63,663 nt of DNA from a virus. Its lineage: Duplodnaviria; Caudoviricetes. This document shows positions 1 to 8,766 of the stretch, piece after piece. The position numbers were made by a program, and so were the translations under genes. Every line of letters starts with the position of its first letter. Position 1 is the first letter of the stretch. The stretch lies in the IMG/VR virus record IMGVR_UViG_3300021354_000008, positions 1 through 63,663 of that record. One strand, 5' to 3'. The notes beneath the pieces were generated by a model. That model saw only the letters and a program-made list of their open reading frames with translations. It made no database searches and was not told where the DNA came from.

Positions 1-89
1 GTCATATAGTGTATAACATCTCCATCATATCTAATACTATAAGGAAATATAGGCATTCCTTCTTTGAATATAATTACTAATGTATGCAT
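1..89 (-). CDS. Partial hypothetical protein (N-terminus MHTLVIIFKEGMPIFPYSIRYDGDVIHYM..., runs off left edge)
   Basis: ATG at 89-87 with an open frame to the window edge. It is preceded by ACAATTAAC, the same leader seen before the 328..744 gene. Not in the ORF track. Confidence 0.5.
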   Translation of the reverse strand, partial: MHTLVIIFKEGMPIFPYSIRYDGDVIHYM

Positions 90-283
90 GTTAATTGTTA
101 TTTAATGCTATATATATGGATTATTGTATAGCGTGATTTAATGTTGTTGTCTAAATGCCTAATATGCCCCTATAACACCTACATCAACTCTTTTACTCAT
201 AGATAAATAATTGATAATCAGTGTGTTAGATGGTTTTTTAATGCCCACCCATACGTGTTGTTAACACCCACCCTGATATATGA

Positions 284-314
284 AAGAAAGCACCCCATTA
301 CAGAGTGCTTTCTT
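284..314 (-). terminator. Probable intrinsic terminator after the 328..744 gene
   Basis: AAGAAAGCAC...GTGCTTTCTT inverted repeat 14 nt past the stop, with a U-rich 3' arm on the minus strand. Confidence 0.55.
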
Positions 315-327
315 AAATAATTGTAGA

Positions 328-744
328 CTATCCAATAGAACTATTGGTGATGTCAGCCATTAAGTCATCAGAGACAGGAGCAAGAGTTAATGGAGCATTA
401 GCAATTGCTGTGAGTACTCTTGAAGTATTGGCAGTGTTCTTAGCACGAGTGATGCTAATACCTTTTACTAATGACAATTGTCCTGCTTCATTCTCTGTAA
501 AGCGAACCTTCCACAATTGGTCTGCATCATAAAGTTTGCAGAACTCATCTTCTGTGTTAACAGCAAAGCCTTTTCCATTGTAAGAAAATACTTTGTACTT
601 CTTGCCAAACAAAGGTGATGCTGTGTTAATTACTTCTTCGCCTGCGTCATTAATCATTGTAGGCTTGTACTCACGAACTGTTGGTGTGCAAGTGATAAAG
701 TCTACGTCTTCGCCTTGGATAGTGAACTCTCTTAAATTTTCCAT
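328..744 (-). CDS. Hypothetical protein, first gene of the divergent (probably early/replication) arm
   Basis: 138-aa ORF with A-rich leader and downstream hairpin; no family recognised. Confidence 0.75.
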   Translation of the reverse strand: MENLREFTIQGEDVDFITCTPTVREYKPTMINDAGEEVINTASPLFGKKYKVFSYNGKGFAVNTEDEFCKLYDADQLWKVRFTENEAGQLSLVKGISITRAKNTANTSRVLTAIANAPLTLAPVSDDLMADITNSSIG

Positions 745-781
745 TGTTAATTGTGTTTTATGGAATTAGCCAAGTTATATT

Positions 782-922
782 GAATGGGGGGACTACCCCA
801 ACCTTGGCAAGATGTGGAGGGGTTGCAATAGGAAGTAGGCTACTCCCCCATGGACATAATAAGAATGGGGGCTAGTAGAAAATTTTGGGTGCTAGGGGGG
901 ATGGGTTGATAAGAATGGGGGC
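782..922. repeat. G-rich repeat region: ATAAGAATGGGGGC x2 (859-872, 909-922) and GAATGGGGG x3
   Basis: Exact 14-bp direct repeats 50 bp apart, a third core at 782-790, and several G4-G6 runs in an otherwise AT-rich genome. Confidence 0.75.
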
Positions 923-960
923 ATGCTAAAAAAATTGTGTACATAGTCAAAGCAGGGGAT

Positions 961-1220
961 AGTTCCATGAGGAACCTTTTTGCATGAATTTTTCCAAGTT
1001 TTCATGCAACTGTTATGTCACAGTTTTTCAAATATTTGTGACATATTTATATGGTTATTTGTTACAGACACTTCCTGATTTGTCAACCTATAGCTTTACT
1101 TTAGTTTACATATTGTAAAGGTATTGCTTTACATAATGTGTATTATAAGGGACATGCTTAACCTAGGAGTGTCCTTTATAAGGGACATTATAATATGTTG
1201 CTGTACCAAGATTATAATCC
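961..1220. repeat. Array of distinct dyad-symmetric (operator-like) sites, including a parS-like site
   Basis: GTTCC-N4-GGAAC (962-975); TTGCATGAA-N12-TTCATGCAA (980-1009); TATGTCACA-N14-TGTGACATA (1014-1045); GTAAAG-N6-CTTTAC (1115-1132, variant 1082-1099); two copies of a TGTCCCTTATAAGGGACA-like palindrome (1136-1155, 1169-1188); GATTATAATC (1210-1219). Confidence 0.75.
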
Positions 1221-1235
1221 CTTGTCAAAAATAAA

Positions 1236-1268
1236 TTTGGTAGGTAATTATTTTTACCTGTATCTTTG
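1236..1268 (+). promoter_or_regulatory. Bacteroidota sigma-A type promoter for the 1319 gene
   Basis: TTTG (1236-1239), 21-nt spacer, TATCTTTG (1261-1268); matches the -33/-7 consensus. Confidence 0.75.
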
Positions 1269-1318
1269 AGGGTGGAGGGTGGGGAATAAACTCCACATCT
1301 CGTCAAACAAGCTTAGAT

Positions 1319-1564
1319 ATGATAGTCGTACAAATACTGGTGTATATATTAGTGTTACTTATAGTGGCTGTAATAGGATGGGGATTCTACTACTTCGATG
1401 AATGGGAGATAGGAATAGAGTTTATGCCTACAGACTTTAATAACTTTGAATTAGGTGTGTCCAATAGAAACTACTATAGAGATGATGACACACTCGAACA
1501 AGAACTCAGGATTGGGCTGTTGCTTTTTTGCTTTATAGCCATCTTCAGAAAATTTGAAGCATAA
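1319..1564 (+). CDS. Small membrane protein (N-terminal TM helix plus a second hydrophobic segment)
   Basis: VVQILVYILVLLIVAVIGWGFYYF and IGLLLFCFIAIF hydrophobic stretches; has its own promoter. Confidence 0.65.
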   Translation: MIVVQILVYILVLLIVAVIGWGFYYFDEWEIGIEFMPTDFNNFELGVSNRNYYRDDDTLEQELRIGLLLFCFIAIFRKFEA

Positions 1565-1600
1565 TATAGCATTAACTTTCCTCATAACTAAAATAGTTAT
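1561..1600. promoter_or_regulatory. Operator-like boxes A (reverse of AAAGTTAATGCTATATTAT, 1561-1579) and B (ATAAC-N7-GTTAT, 1584-1600)
   Basis: Box A is a 19-bp exact inverted copy of 8654-8672. Box B is a palindrome that recurs at 18059, 18081 and 32946. Confidence 0.65.
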
Positions 1601-1630
1601 TTGTAGATAGAGGATATGTGTTTACCTTTG
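1600..1630 (+). promoter_or_regulatory. Bacteroidota-type promoter for the wHTH-terminase-portal operon
   Basis: TTTG (1600-1603), 19-nt spacer, TACCTTTG (1623-1630). Confidence 0.8.
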
Positions 1631-1644
1631 TGTGTCAACTAATT

Positions 1645-2004
1645 ATGGAAACTAAACCAATACAACCAATTGTACAGCGACTGAAGACATCAGTGAAGAG
1701 TGAGATAGCTATGGCTGAGAAGTATTACAAGCTATTGTCAGATGTCAATGAACTAAAGCTTACAAAAAGGGAAATACAGCTTACAGCCTTTACAGCTATA
1801 AAGGGTAATATATCCTATGCTAATATAAGGAAGGAGTTTTGTGAGAACTATAACAGTACACCAGCTGCTATGAACAACATCATTAGTAGATTAAAGAAGC
1901 TAGGAGTGTTTGTAAAGGATGGAACAAAGGTGAAGGTGAACCCCATCATTCTCCTAAACTTCGAGAAGAATATTGTATTACAAATAACTTTAATACATGG
2001 ATAA
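1645..2004 (+). CDS. Putative winged helix-turn-helix DNA-binding protein
   Basis: LTKREIQL...RKEFCENYNSTPAAMNNIISRLKKLGVFVKDG..VKVNP wHTH pattern. Start moved to ATG 1645 because the called GTG at 1618 lies inside the promoter. Confidence 0.65.
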   Translation: METKPIQPIVQRLKTSVKSEIAMAEKYYKLLSDVNELKLTKREIQLTAFTAIKGNISYANIRKEFCENYNSTPAAMNNIISRLKKLGVFVKDGTKVKVNPIILLNFEKNIVLQITLIHG

Positions 2005-2398
2005 GCCAATAAGTATGTCTGTAAAGGATTACTTAGTTAGAACCTTGGCTGTGAAGATGATGGTGTCTGAGAAGACAATTGAGACAGTGGTGAACCACCA
2101 GTTTCAGTCTGCCAATGAAGCTATGGATGTAAACAATAGTATAGAGATATCTGGGTTTGGTAAGTTCTTCTTCAACCATAAGAAAGCTGCAAAACGACTA
2201 GAATCATTAACCAATAAAAAGACAAACTTAGAATATATACTTTCAGATGATAATGCATCAAGCCAAAAGAAGCACTCATCTAAGGTGACACTAGAGAAAA
2301 CAGAAGCATTGATCAACTTGCTTAAAACTAAAATTACATATGAAGATCAACTTCTCTCAGATATACGAGGGGTGGAAGAACAACCTATTTCCAGCTGA
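1997..2398 (+). CDS. HU/IHF-like DNA-binding protein with C-terminal coiled extension
   Basis: LVRTLA..MMVSEKTIETVV...IEISGFGKF signature. Confidence 0.7.
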   Translation: MDKPISMSVKDYLVRTLAVKMMVSEKTIETVVNHQFQSANEAMDVNNSIEISGFGKFFFNHKKAAKRLESLTNKKTNLEYILSDDNASSQKKHSSKVTLEKTEALINLLKTKITYEDQLLSDIRGVEEQPISS

Positions 2399-2681
2399 TG
2401 ATATGAAAGCTCACATTAGAGCTGTCAGTGAGGAAAGACTAGCCATCTGTGACGCTTGTGAATGGTGTTCTGAAAACAAGCCAAAGAAACCTAGAAGGTT
2501 TGACAAACATTGCACACATTGTGGATGTACACTCTCAGCAAAAACGAAATGCTTATCTTGCTCATGCCCAATTGAAAAATGGGTGGCAGAGATGGAATCT
2601 AAAGAAGAAGATAATCTAATAAATGTAATATATGGAGAGGGAAGTAAAGATAGAAAAGATACCACTGAGCAGGCTAATTGA
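2340..2681 (+). CDS. Cys-rich zinc-binding protein
   Basis: ERLAICDAC...CTHCGC..AKT....SCPIEKW. Confidence 0.7.
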   Translation: MKINFSQIYEGWKNNLFPADDMKAHIRAVSEERLAICDACEWCSENKPKKPRRFDKHCTHCGCTLSAKTKCLSCSCPIEKWVAEMESKEEDNLINVIYGEGSKDRKDTTEQAN

Positions 2682-2889
2682 TACGCTTGTTGAACTCTAT
2701 AATAAGGGGGTGGATTATATTGACATAGCTGGTGTTCCTGGTGTTGAGCAGGACAGAATGGCTATAGTGTTTACCAGAGATTATATGTCAGAAGAAGGAG
2801 TAAATAACTTTGAAGAAGGTGATGAAGAGATAGACTTAGAGATAAAACAACATAAAATAACTGATGAGGATCTAAATGAATTAATATGA
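2632..2889 (+). CDS. Hypothetical acidic protein
   Basis: 85-aa ORF coupled to its neighbours. Confidence 0.65.
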   Translation: MEREVKIEKIPLSRLIDTLVELYNKGVDYIDIAGVPGVEQDRMAIVFTRDYMSEEGVNNFEEGDEEIDLEIKQHKITDEDLNELI

Positions 2890-3170
2890 GTAAAAAGACT
2901 CCCTACATAGAAGTCATTACTATTCTGCAAGAACTACATAATAGTTTTCCAACATATAATCTTGGAAGACATCTAGCTACAGCTTTGGCAGATTATGGTG
3001 ATATCTGGGGATTAACAGATAAAGAGCTTGTATTTGCTCTAAGCAAATATAAAGCTGAAATAGAAATGGATATTCCTCATACAGATGAGTCTGAATTAGA
3101 AAAAATAATAAAAGAGGGAATGGACCTCGATAACATCCTCAAGGAGGAGGAAGAAGATGGCATCTATTAA
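2886..3170 (+). CDS. Hypothetical protein
   Basis: 94-aa ORF with ATGA overlap. Confidence 0.7.
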   Translation: MSKKTPYIEVITILQELHNSFPTYNLGRHLATALADYGDIWGLTDKELVFALSKYKAEIEMDIPHTDESELEKIIKEGMDLDNILKEEEEDGIY

Positions 3171-3489
3171 AAAAACTACATATGTAAATACAGAGCTTGA
3201 ATGGGCTGAACAACAGCTTATTTCATGGAAAGCTTATGTAAATGCAAATCCACTACATGAGTTGAAAGACAGAATTGAGTGGAAACCTACAGCTAAAGGA
3301 GGAATGTTACCTATGGTCATAGCCTCTATAGAAGCACAAGGTAAGTTTGTACAAGAAACAATGAAAAACTACTTAGCCTTAGTGGAGGTGGTAGATAAAT
3401 TAAGGAGTGCTGAAGAAGCTAAGGTGGAGATTAGAGGTAAGGGTGAGTTATCTGGATCTGCTGAAGAGTTCCTTAAAAACAGACGATGA
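3157..3489 (+). CDS. Hypothetical helical protein, candidate terminase small subunit
   Basis: Coupled (ATGA) to TerL, with a helical C-terminus ending ..KVEIRG..; TerS call is by position only. Confidence 0.45.
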   Translation: MASIKKTTYVNTELEWAEQQLISWKAYVNANPLHELKDRIEWKPTAKGGMLPMVIASIEAQGKFVQETMKNYLALVEVVDKLRSAEEAKVEIRGKGELSGSAEEFLKNRR

Positions 3490-5525
3490 ACATACAAACT
3501 ATAGACTACAAGGAGTGGTTCATCAATCAAAAAAGGATACCTGATAGAAATAGTGAAGAGTCAAAACCTTTTCATGATTTTCATAGAGATCTTTGTTTGA
3601 ATGGTGCAATGATGGGTGGGGTTTATATTAACCCCTTTCTTTATTGGCACCTAAACATCTGGCACACAGAGGTAGACGTAATTGATAGTTATGGGAGGAT
3701 TGCACAGAAATATGCCAATCCCCTATTGAGAGATAATGAGTGGCTTGTGACGAACGAAATTGACAGAGCTCAACAAGAAAAGAGGGGCTTAGTTATTCTA
3801 GGTATTAGACGTTTTGCCAAGTCAGTTTTAGAAGCATCCTATATTGCATGGGGTGCAACCTTTGATGAGAACAGTCAGAATATTATTGCAGGCTTAAATG
3901 CCCCAGATATTAAACTGATCACTGATAAGATTGACAAAGGATTGAATTTCATTCCTGAGTATTGGAGATGGCAGAGAATTGAGGACAACTGGAAGAACCA
4001 AGTGACTCTGGGTATAAAGACTAGGTCTGGTGAACGTATCCCATTCTCTTCCATTCTAATACGTAACTTAGATGAAGGTAATAATGAAGAGGCAATTGCA
4101 GGTACAAAACCACGTAAATTAATTATAGATGAGATTGGTAAAGGTAATTTCCTTAGAGGTCTACAGGCAGCTATTCCTGGTTTCACTACACCCTTTGGCT
4201 GGGGATGTAGCCCCATTCTTACTGGGACTGGTGGGGACATGAAGAAATTCATGGATGCTAAATCCTTGATGTTTGATGTAGATAACTTTAATTTCCTTAC
4301 ATATAATAATAGTAAAGATGATAAACGCATACATGGTTTGTTCATCCCAGCTAAGTATAGAATGGAGGCAAAAGAAGATTCTACATTAGGAGCATACTTA
4401 AATGAACCTGCTGGTTCAGATGTACATAAAGTTAAAATGCTTGTTAGTAATGAAGAAAAAGCTATTCAAATAACTAATACTAATTTAGAAAGACTTAAAA
4501 AAGCTGGAGATAGAATAGCTTATTTAAAAGAAAAGATGTATTACCCAATGGAGGTAGATGATATTTTCTTAAATGAGGATACTAATATCTTTGATATTGA
4601 GGCTGCTAAGAGACAGAAGTTTAGATTATTACAACAAGAAAAAACAGGAGTTCCTGTTATATTGTTTAATGATGGTGAGAAGATAGCTCATGAGTTTACA
4701 GATAAGCTACCTATATCAAACTTCCCTTTAAAGAACTCAGATCTTAAAGAAGCACCTGTCGTAATATATGAATTCCCTATAGACAATCCTCCTTATGGAT
4801 TGTATGTAGCAGGAGTCGATCCATATAGACAAGGTAAATCAGCATACAGTTCCTCATTGGGAGCTGTATATATTTATAAGAGGATGCATGAAATTTCAGG
4901 AGAGAAATATCAGGATATGTTCGTAGCTTCGTATGTAGCTAGACCTGAAAAGAAAGAAACTTGGGAAGAACAAGCTAGACTTCTTATCAAGTATTATAAT
5001 GCTAGAGCTCTTTGTGAGAATGATGATATATCTTTTATTGAATATATGAAGAGTAAAGGAGATGCTCATTATCTAGAGAAACAACCTGAATGGCTGAAAG
5101 AGATTGTACCAAATACCACTGTAAAAAGAGATTATGGTATTCATCGTTCTGCTGCAAAGATCATTGACTATCTACATACATGTCTTAAGAAATATATGGA
5201 AGCTGCTATATTTAAAGAGAAGAATGAAGCAGGTGAAGTGATTAGAGAAGTGTTAGGTGTGAGTAAGATATTTGATCCTGTACTACTTGAAGAGATTATT
5301 CAGTACAATGATCAAGGTAACTTTGATAGAATTGTAGCTGCAGAACTAGCCATAGCACAAGCTTTGAAGATGGACCCAATTATGGGAAAGATAGGTGGGA
5401 CATCAGATGAAAGAGTGGCATCTATGTTTAAGAAGAAGAGAGGAAACATACTCTTCACTGATGCTAGGAATAATATGTTTGGACAATCAAAAAATAAATA
5501 TAAACGCAATAAATTGTTTTCATAA
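3486..5525 (+). CDS. terL: Terminase large subunit (crAss-like)
   Basis: Walker A-like GIRRFAKS, Walker B LIIDEIG, motif III TGTGG, RNase H-like nuclease AGVDPY...DRIVA; lies upstream of portal. Confidence 0.92.
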   Translation: MNIQTIDYKEWFINQKRIPDRNSEESKPFHDFHRDLCLNGAMMGGVYINPFLYWHLNIWHTEVDVIDSYGRIAQKYANPLLRDNEWLVTNEIDRAQQEKRGLVILGIRRFAKSVLEASYIAWGATFDENSQNIIAGLNAPDIKLITDKIDKGLNFIPEYWRWQRIEDNWKNQVTLGIKTRSGERIPFSSILIRNLDEGNNEEAIAGTKPRKLIIDEIGKGNFLRGLQAAIPGFTTPFGWGCSPILTGTGGDMKKFMDAKSLMFDVDNFNFLTYNNSKDDKRIHGLFIPAKYRMEAKEDSTLGAYLNEPAGSDVHKVKMLVSNEEKAIQITNTNLERLKKAGDRIAYLKEKMYYPMEVDDIFLNEDTNIFDIEAAKRQKFRLLQQEKTGVPVILFNDGEKIAHEFTDKLPISNFPLKNSDLKEAPVVIYEFPIDNPPYGLYVAGVDPYRQGKSAYSSSLGAVYIYKRMHEISGEKYQDMFVASYVARPEKKETWEEQARLLIKYYNARALCENDDISFIEYMKSKGDAHYLEKQPEWLKEIVPNTTVKRDYGIHRSAAKIIDYLHTCLKKYMEAAIFKEKNEAGEVIREVLGVSKIFDPVLLEEIIQYNDQGNFDRIVAAELAIAQALKMDPIMGKIGGTSDERVASMFKKKRGNILFTDARNNMFGQSKNKYKRNKLFS

Positions 5526-8113
5526 TGGCAATTATAAGATACACGAAAGACGCAACCATAAGATATGCCTACCTGAATATCTTTCCTGATCAGTTTAAAA
5601 CTGAGAAGGAAAAGATGGATGAAAGTTGGATAAAGAATACAATGGACTACTTTGCAAATAAAGCTTATGCTGAATATGTTAAAGCTAGAGATACCTTTGT
5701 TAAGAACTATGATTTAGTAAAAGGTATATTAAGAAGAGAAGATTTTTATGTAGAACCAGAGGTTAGAAGTTTTACAGACGTGCTTACAGCAGATCTTGAA
5801 CTACCTGCCTATGTAAAACATTATTCTATAATGACCACTCCTATTAATGAGTTAGTAGGAGAAATATCTAAAAGACCTGATGCATTTCGTGTTAAGGCAT
5901 TTGATGATGATAGTAAAGCTGAAGAGCTAGAGTTTAAAACTGAGATATTAAATAATTATATCATAAGTGAGGCCAAACAAAAGATACAACAACAGGCTAT
6001 GCTTGATGGACAAGAAATTGATCCTGAAGAGCTAAACAAAATGACTATTGATCAAGTTAAAGATGAATTAGATTCTTATACATCTATTGCAGAGAAATGG
6101 GCTAACCATATTCTTACATGTCAAAAGGCTGAGTTTAATCTTAAAGAAAAAGGGGAAGATTCTTTTAGAGATCTATTAATCTCTGCTAGAGAATTCTTCC
6201 ATGTCTATGAGGATAATTCAAAGCTTGGTTTTAATATAGAGGTAGCTAATCCTAAGAATACTTGGTTCTTAACTACTCCTGATAGAAAATGGATTTCAGA
6301 TGTTACAGGTAGAGCACAAGGAGCATATGCTGCTGGTACTGTACAGGTAATGGAACTATCTGAAATTATTGAGGCAGTGCCTGATCTTACTAAAGATGAG
6401 ATTGATCACTTGCGTTCTTCATTACAAGACTATGGTCTTATTAATGTACGTGAATCTAATTTAGGTAACCCTAATGCTATTCCAGGTCAAGACTCTGTAC
6501 AATATGATACATATGATCCATTAGTTCTTCAAACTAGAATGATCATTGAATCTGAAATGAAAGAGAACAATGATGGTCTTAAGGATTTCTTAGGGCTAAC
6601 TTCTAATGTTAGTAGCTTTGGTTACAAGTATGTAGTGGTAAGATCCTATTGGATTAGTAAAAAGAAAATAGGTAAAGTAATTTACTTAGATGAGATGGGT
6701 AATGAACAATCTATGTTAGTAGATGAGAATTACAAATCTGGAAATATTCCTACACAAGAATCATTAGAATGGGGATGGATTAACCAATGGTATCAAGGTA
6801 TCAAGATTGGTCCAGATATCTATCACATTAAACCTTATAAGTTATTACCTTATTGTCCAATCATTGGTCAAACATTTGAGGTGAAGAATACAGAAGCTAG
6901 AAGCTTGGTAGATATGATGAAACCTTTCCAAGTAATATATAATGTTTGTATGAACCAATTATATAAGTTACTTGAGAAAGAAGTTGGTAAGGTGCAATTA
7001 ATGTCTATTAGACATATTCCTATTCCTAAAGATGGGGATGCACAAGATGCATTAGATATCTGGGAAATGGAAGCACGTAATAGAGGAGTTGTATTTGTTG
7101 ATGATAGTCCAGAGAACTTAAAGAGTCCATCTAGCTTCAATCAATATACTAGCTTAGACCTTACACGTACTACAGAGATCCAAGCAAGATATACTCTAGC
7201 ACAACAGATAAAGAATGAGTGTTGGGAATTAATTGGTATGTCTAAGCAAAGACTTGGATCTGTATCTGCTAGTGAATCAGCTACAGGTACTAATGCAGCT
7301 ATCACTCAATCTTATTCTCAAACAGAACCATTGTTTGTAGCACATGAATATATTATGGGGCAATTATATCAAGCTGTTATTGATGCAGCTTTATATGTAG
7401 AAAGTGCTAAACCTCAATCTACTATTTCTTACATTACTTCTGAAGGAGAATCTGCATTTGTAGCTGTAAATGGTACAGACTTAAAGTTCAGAGACTTAAA
7501 AGTATTCTTAACTAATAGACCAGAAGATAAGAAAATGTTTGATGAGATTAGAGGATTATCTCAAGCTGTTATTCAAAATGGTGGTAGCTTATATGATGTA
7601 ATTGAATTGTACAGTACTAACTCTGTACGTCAAATGAAGAAAGTATTTAAGACTCTTAAAGAAAGACAAGAGCAAATGCAAGATCAACAAATGCAATTAC
7701 AGCAACAGCAATTACAGCAACAACAACAACAAGCTCAAGCTCAAATTGAAGCTGCACAACAAGAAGTACAAGAGAAGATGGCTCATGATGATTATCAAAA
7801 TGAGTTAGATAGAATCAATAAGAAAGAAATTGCTCTTATTGCAGCTGAATCTAAGTCAGGTCCTTTATCAGATATTGATAAATCAGGAACTCCTGATGTA
7901 TTGGAAATCAATAAGTTAGCTACTGAACAAACAAAAGCTATGAGAGACTATGACAGTAAGATGTCTGAGATTGAATCTAAGAATAAACAAGCTGCTAATA
8001 AGTTAGCTATTGAAAAAGAAAAATTAAAAGTAGATAGAGAGAATCAAGCAAATGATTTAGCTATAGCTAAATTAAATGCTAAGAACAGAGCAAGTAGTAA
8101 GAAAACTAAATAA
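5525..8113 (+). CDS. Portal protein (crAss-like)
   Basis: 862 aa directly after TerL; KHYSIMTTPINELVGE, SLVDMMKPFQVIYN, LIGMSKQRLG motifs; Gln-rich coiled C-terminal barrel. Confidence 0.9.
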   Translation: MAIIRYTKDATIRYAYLNIFPDQFKTEKEKMDESWIKNTMDYFANKAYAEYVKARDTFVKNYDLVKGILRREDFYVEPEVRSFTDVLTADLELPAYVKHYSIMTTPINELVGEISKRPDAFRVKAFDDDSKAEELEFKTEILNNYIISEAKQKIQQQAMLDGQEIDPEELNKMTIDQVKDELDSYTSIAEKWANHILTCQKAEFNLKEKGEDSFRDLLISAREFFHVYEDNSKLGFNIEVANPKNTWFLTTPDRKWISDVTGRAQGAYAAGTVQVMELSEIIEAVPDLTKDEIDHLRSSLQDYGLINVRESNLGNPNAIPGQDSVQYDTYDPLVLQTRMIIESEMKENNDGLKDFLGLTSNVSSFGYKYVVVRSYWISKKKIGKVIYLDEMGNEQSMLVDENYKSGNIPTQESLEWGWINQWYQGIKIGPDIYHIKPYKLLPYCPIIGQTFEVKNTEARSLVDMMKPFQVIYNVCMNQLYKLLEKEVGKVQLMSIRHIPIPKDGDAQDALDIWEMEARNRGVVFVDDSPENLKSPSSFNQYTSLDLTRTTEIQARYTLAQQIKNECWELIGMSKQRLGSVSASESATGTNAAITQSYSQTEPLFVAHEYIMGQLYQAVIDAALYVESAKPQSTISYITSEGESAFVAVNGTDLKFRDLKVFLTNRPEDKKMFDEIRGLSQAVIQNGGSLYDVIELYSTNSVRQMKKVFKTLKERQEQMQDQQMQLQQQQLQQQQQQAQAQIEAAQQEVQEKMAHDDYQNELDRINKKEIALIAAESKSGPLSDIDKSGTPDVLEINKLATEQTKAMRDYDSKMSEIESKNKQAANKLAIEKEKLKVDRENQANDLAIAKLNAKNRASSKKTK

Positions 8114-8115
8114 TT

Positions 8116-8646
8116 ATGTTTGATAAACTGATAGAGATAATCACCAACTGGTGGTTACAACTTACACCAATTATCATTGTCAGGGATTATGAAGAAGCTG
8201 TATTACTAAGGTTTGGGAGATTTAAAAAAGTTCTCAAACCTGGTATGCACTTTAAAATTCCTATGTTTGATGAGGTGATAGACCAACATGTAGTAGTCAC
8301 TACACTTAGCTTAGATGCACAATCTTTATACACAAAGGATAAACAAAACATTGTGGTTAAGGGAGTGATCAAATATAAGATAGCTGATGTTAAGATATTC
8401 CTGTTAGAAGTATATGATGCTCAGGATGCTCTCTCAGATATGGCTCAAAGCATTATCAAAAATGTTATTATGTCTATGACTCTAGAAGAATGTACAGATT
8501 CAGAAATAGACAACACACTTACCAAGAAAGTAAGGGTGGAAGCACGCAAGTGGGGGGTTGAGGTTCAACAAGTTACCCTCACTGATTTAGCTCCAATAAG
8601 AAGCTATAGGTTGATAAATGACAATTTTACTAACAAATTAGATTAG
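8116..8646 (+). CDS. SPFH/band 7 (stomatin-like) domain protein
   Basis: EEAVLLRFGRF..VLKPGMHFKIP, TKDKQNIVV, WGVEVQQV motifs. Confidence 0.88.
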   Translation: MFDKLIEIITNWWLQLTPIIIVRDYEEAVLLRFGRFKKVLKPGMHFKIPMFDEVIDQHVVVTTLSLDAQSLYTKDKQNIVVKGVIKYKIADVKIFLLEVYDAQDALSDMAQSIIKNVIMSMTLEECTDSEIDNTLTKKVRVEARKWGVEVQQVTLTDLAPIRSYRLINDNFTNKLD

Positions 8647-8653
8647 AGTAAAA

Positions 8654-8735
8654 AAAGTTAATGCTATATTATACTGAATAATAGCTTATATAGGGCCTTC
8701 CCTCTTTGCTATTAATTTAACTTAATATACTTTTA
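8654..8735 (+). promoter_or_regulatory. Box A (8654-8672) plus promoter for the scaffold/capsid operon
   Basis: TTTG (8705-8708), 19-nt spacer, TACTTTTA (8728-8735; last base deviates from consensus). Confidence 0.65.
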
Positions 8736-8766
8736 CACCTTGAAAACCAAATAAATACAACTACAT

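Noticed and set aside
859-1220. CRISPR or mini-CRISPR array
   Set aside because: No constant repeat with regular unique spacers, only pairs of short repeats and unrelated palindromes; no cas genes (the PD-(D/E)xK domain lacks the Cas4 Fe-S cysteines)
7660-7770. Poly-Gln tract in the portal as a contingency repeat
   Set aside because: Mixed CAA/CAG codons within the expected Gln-rich coiled-coil barrel of podoviral portals
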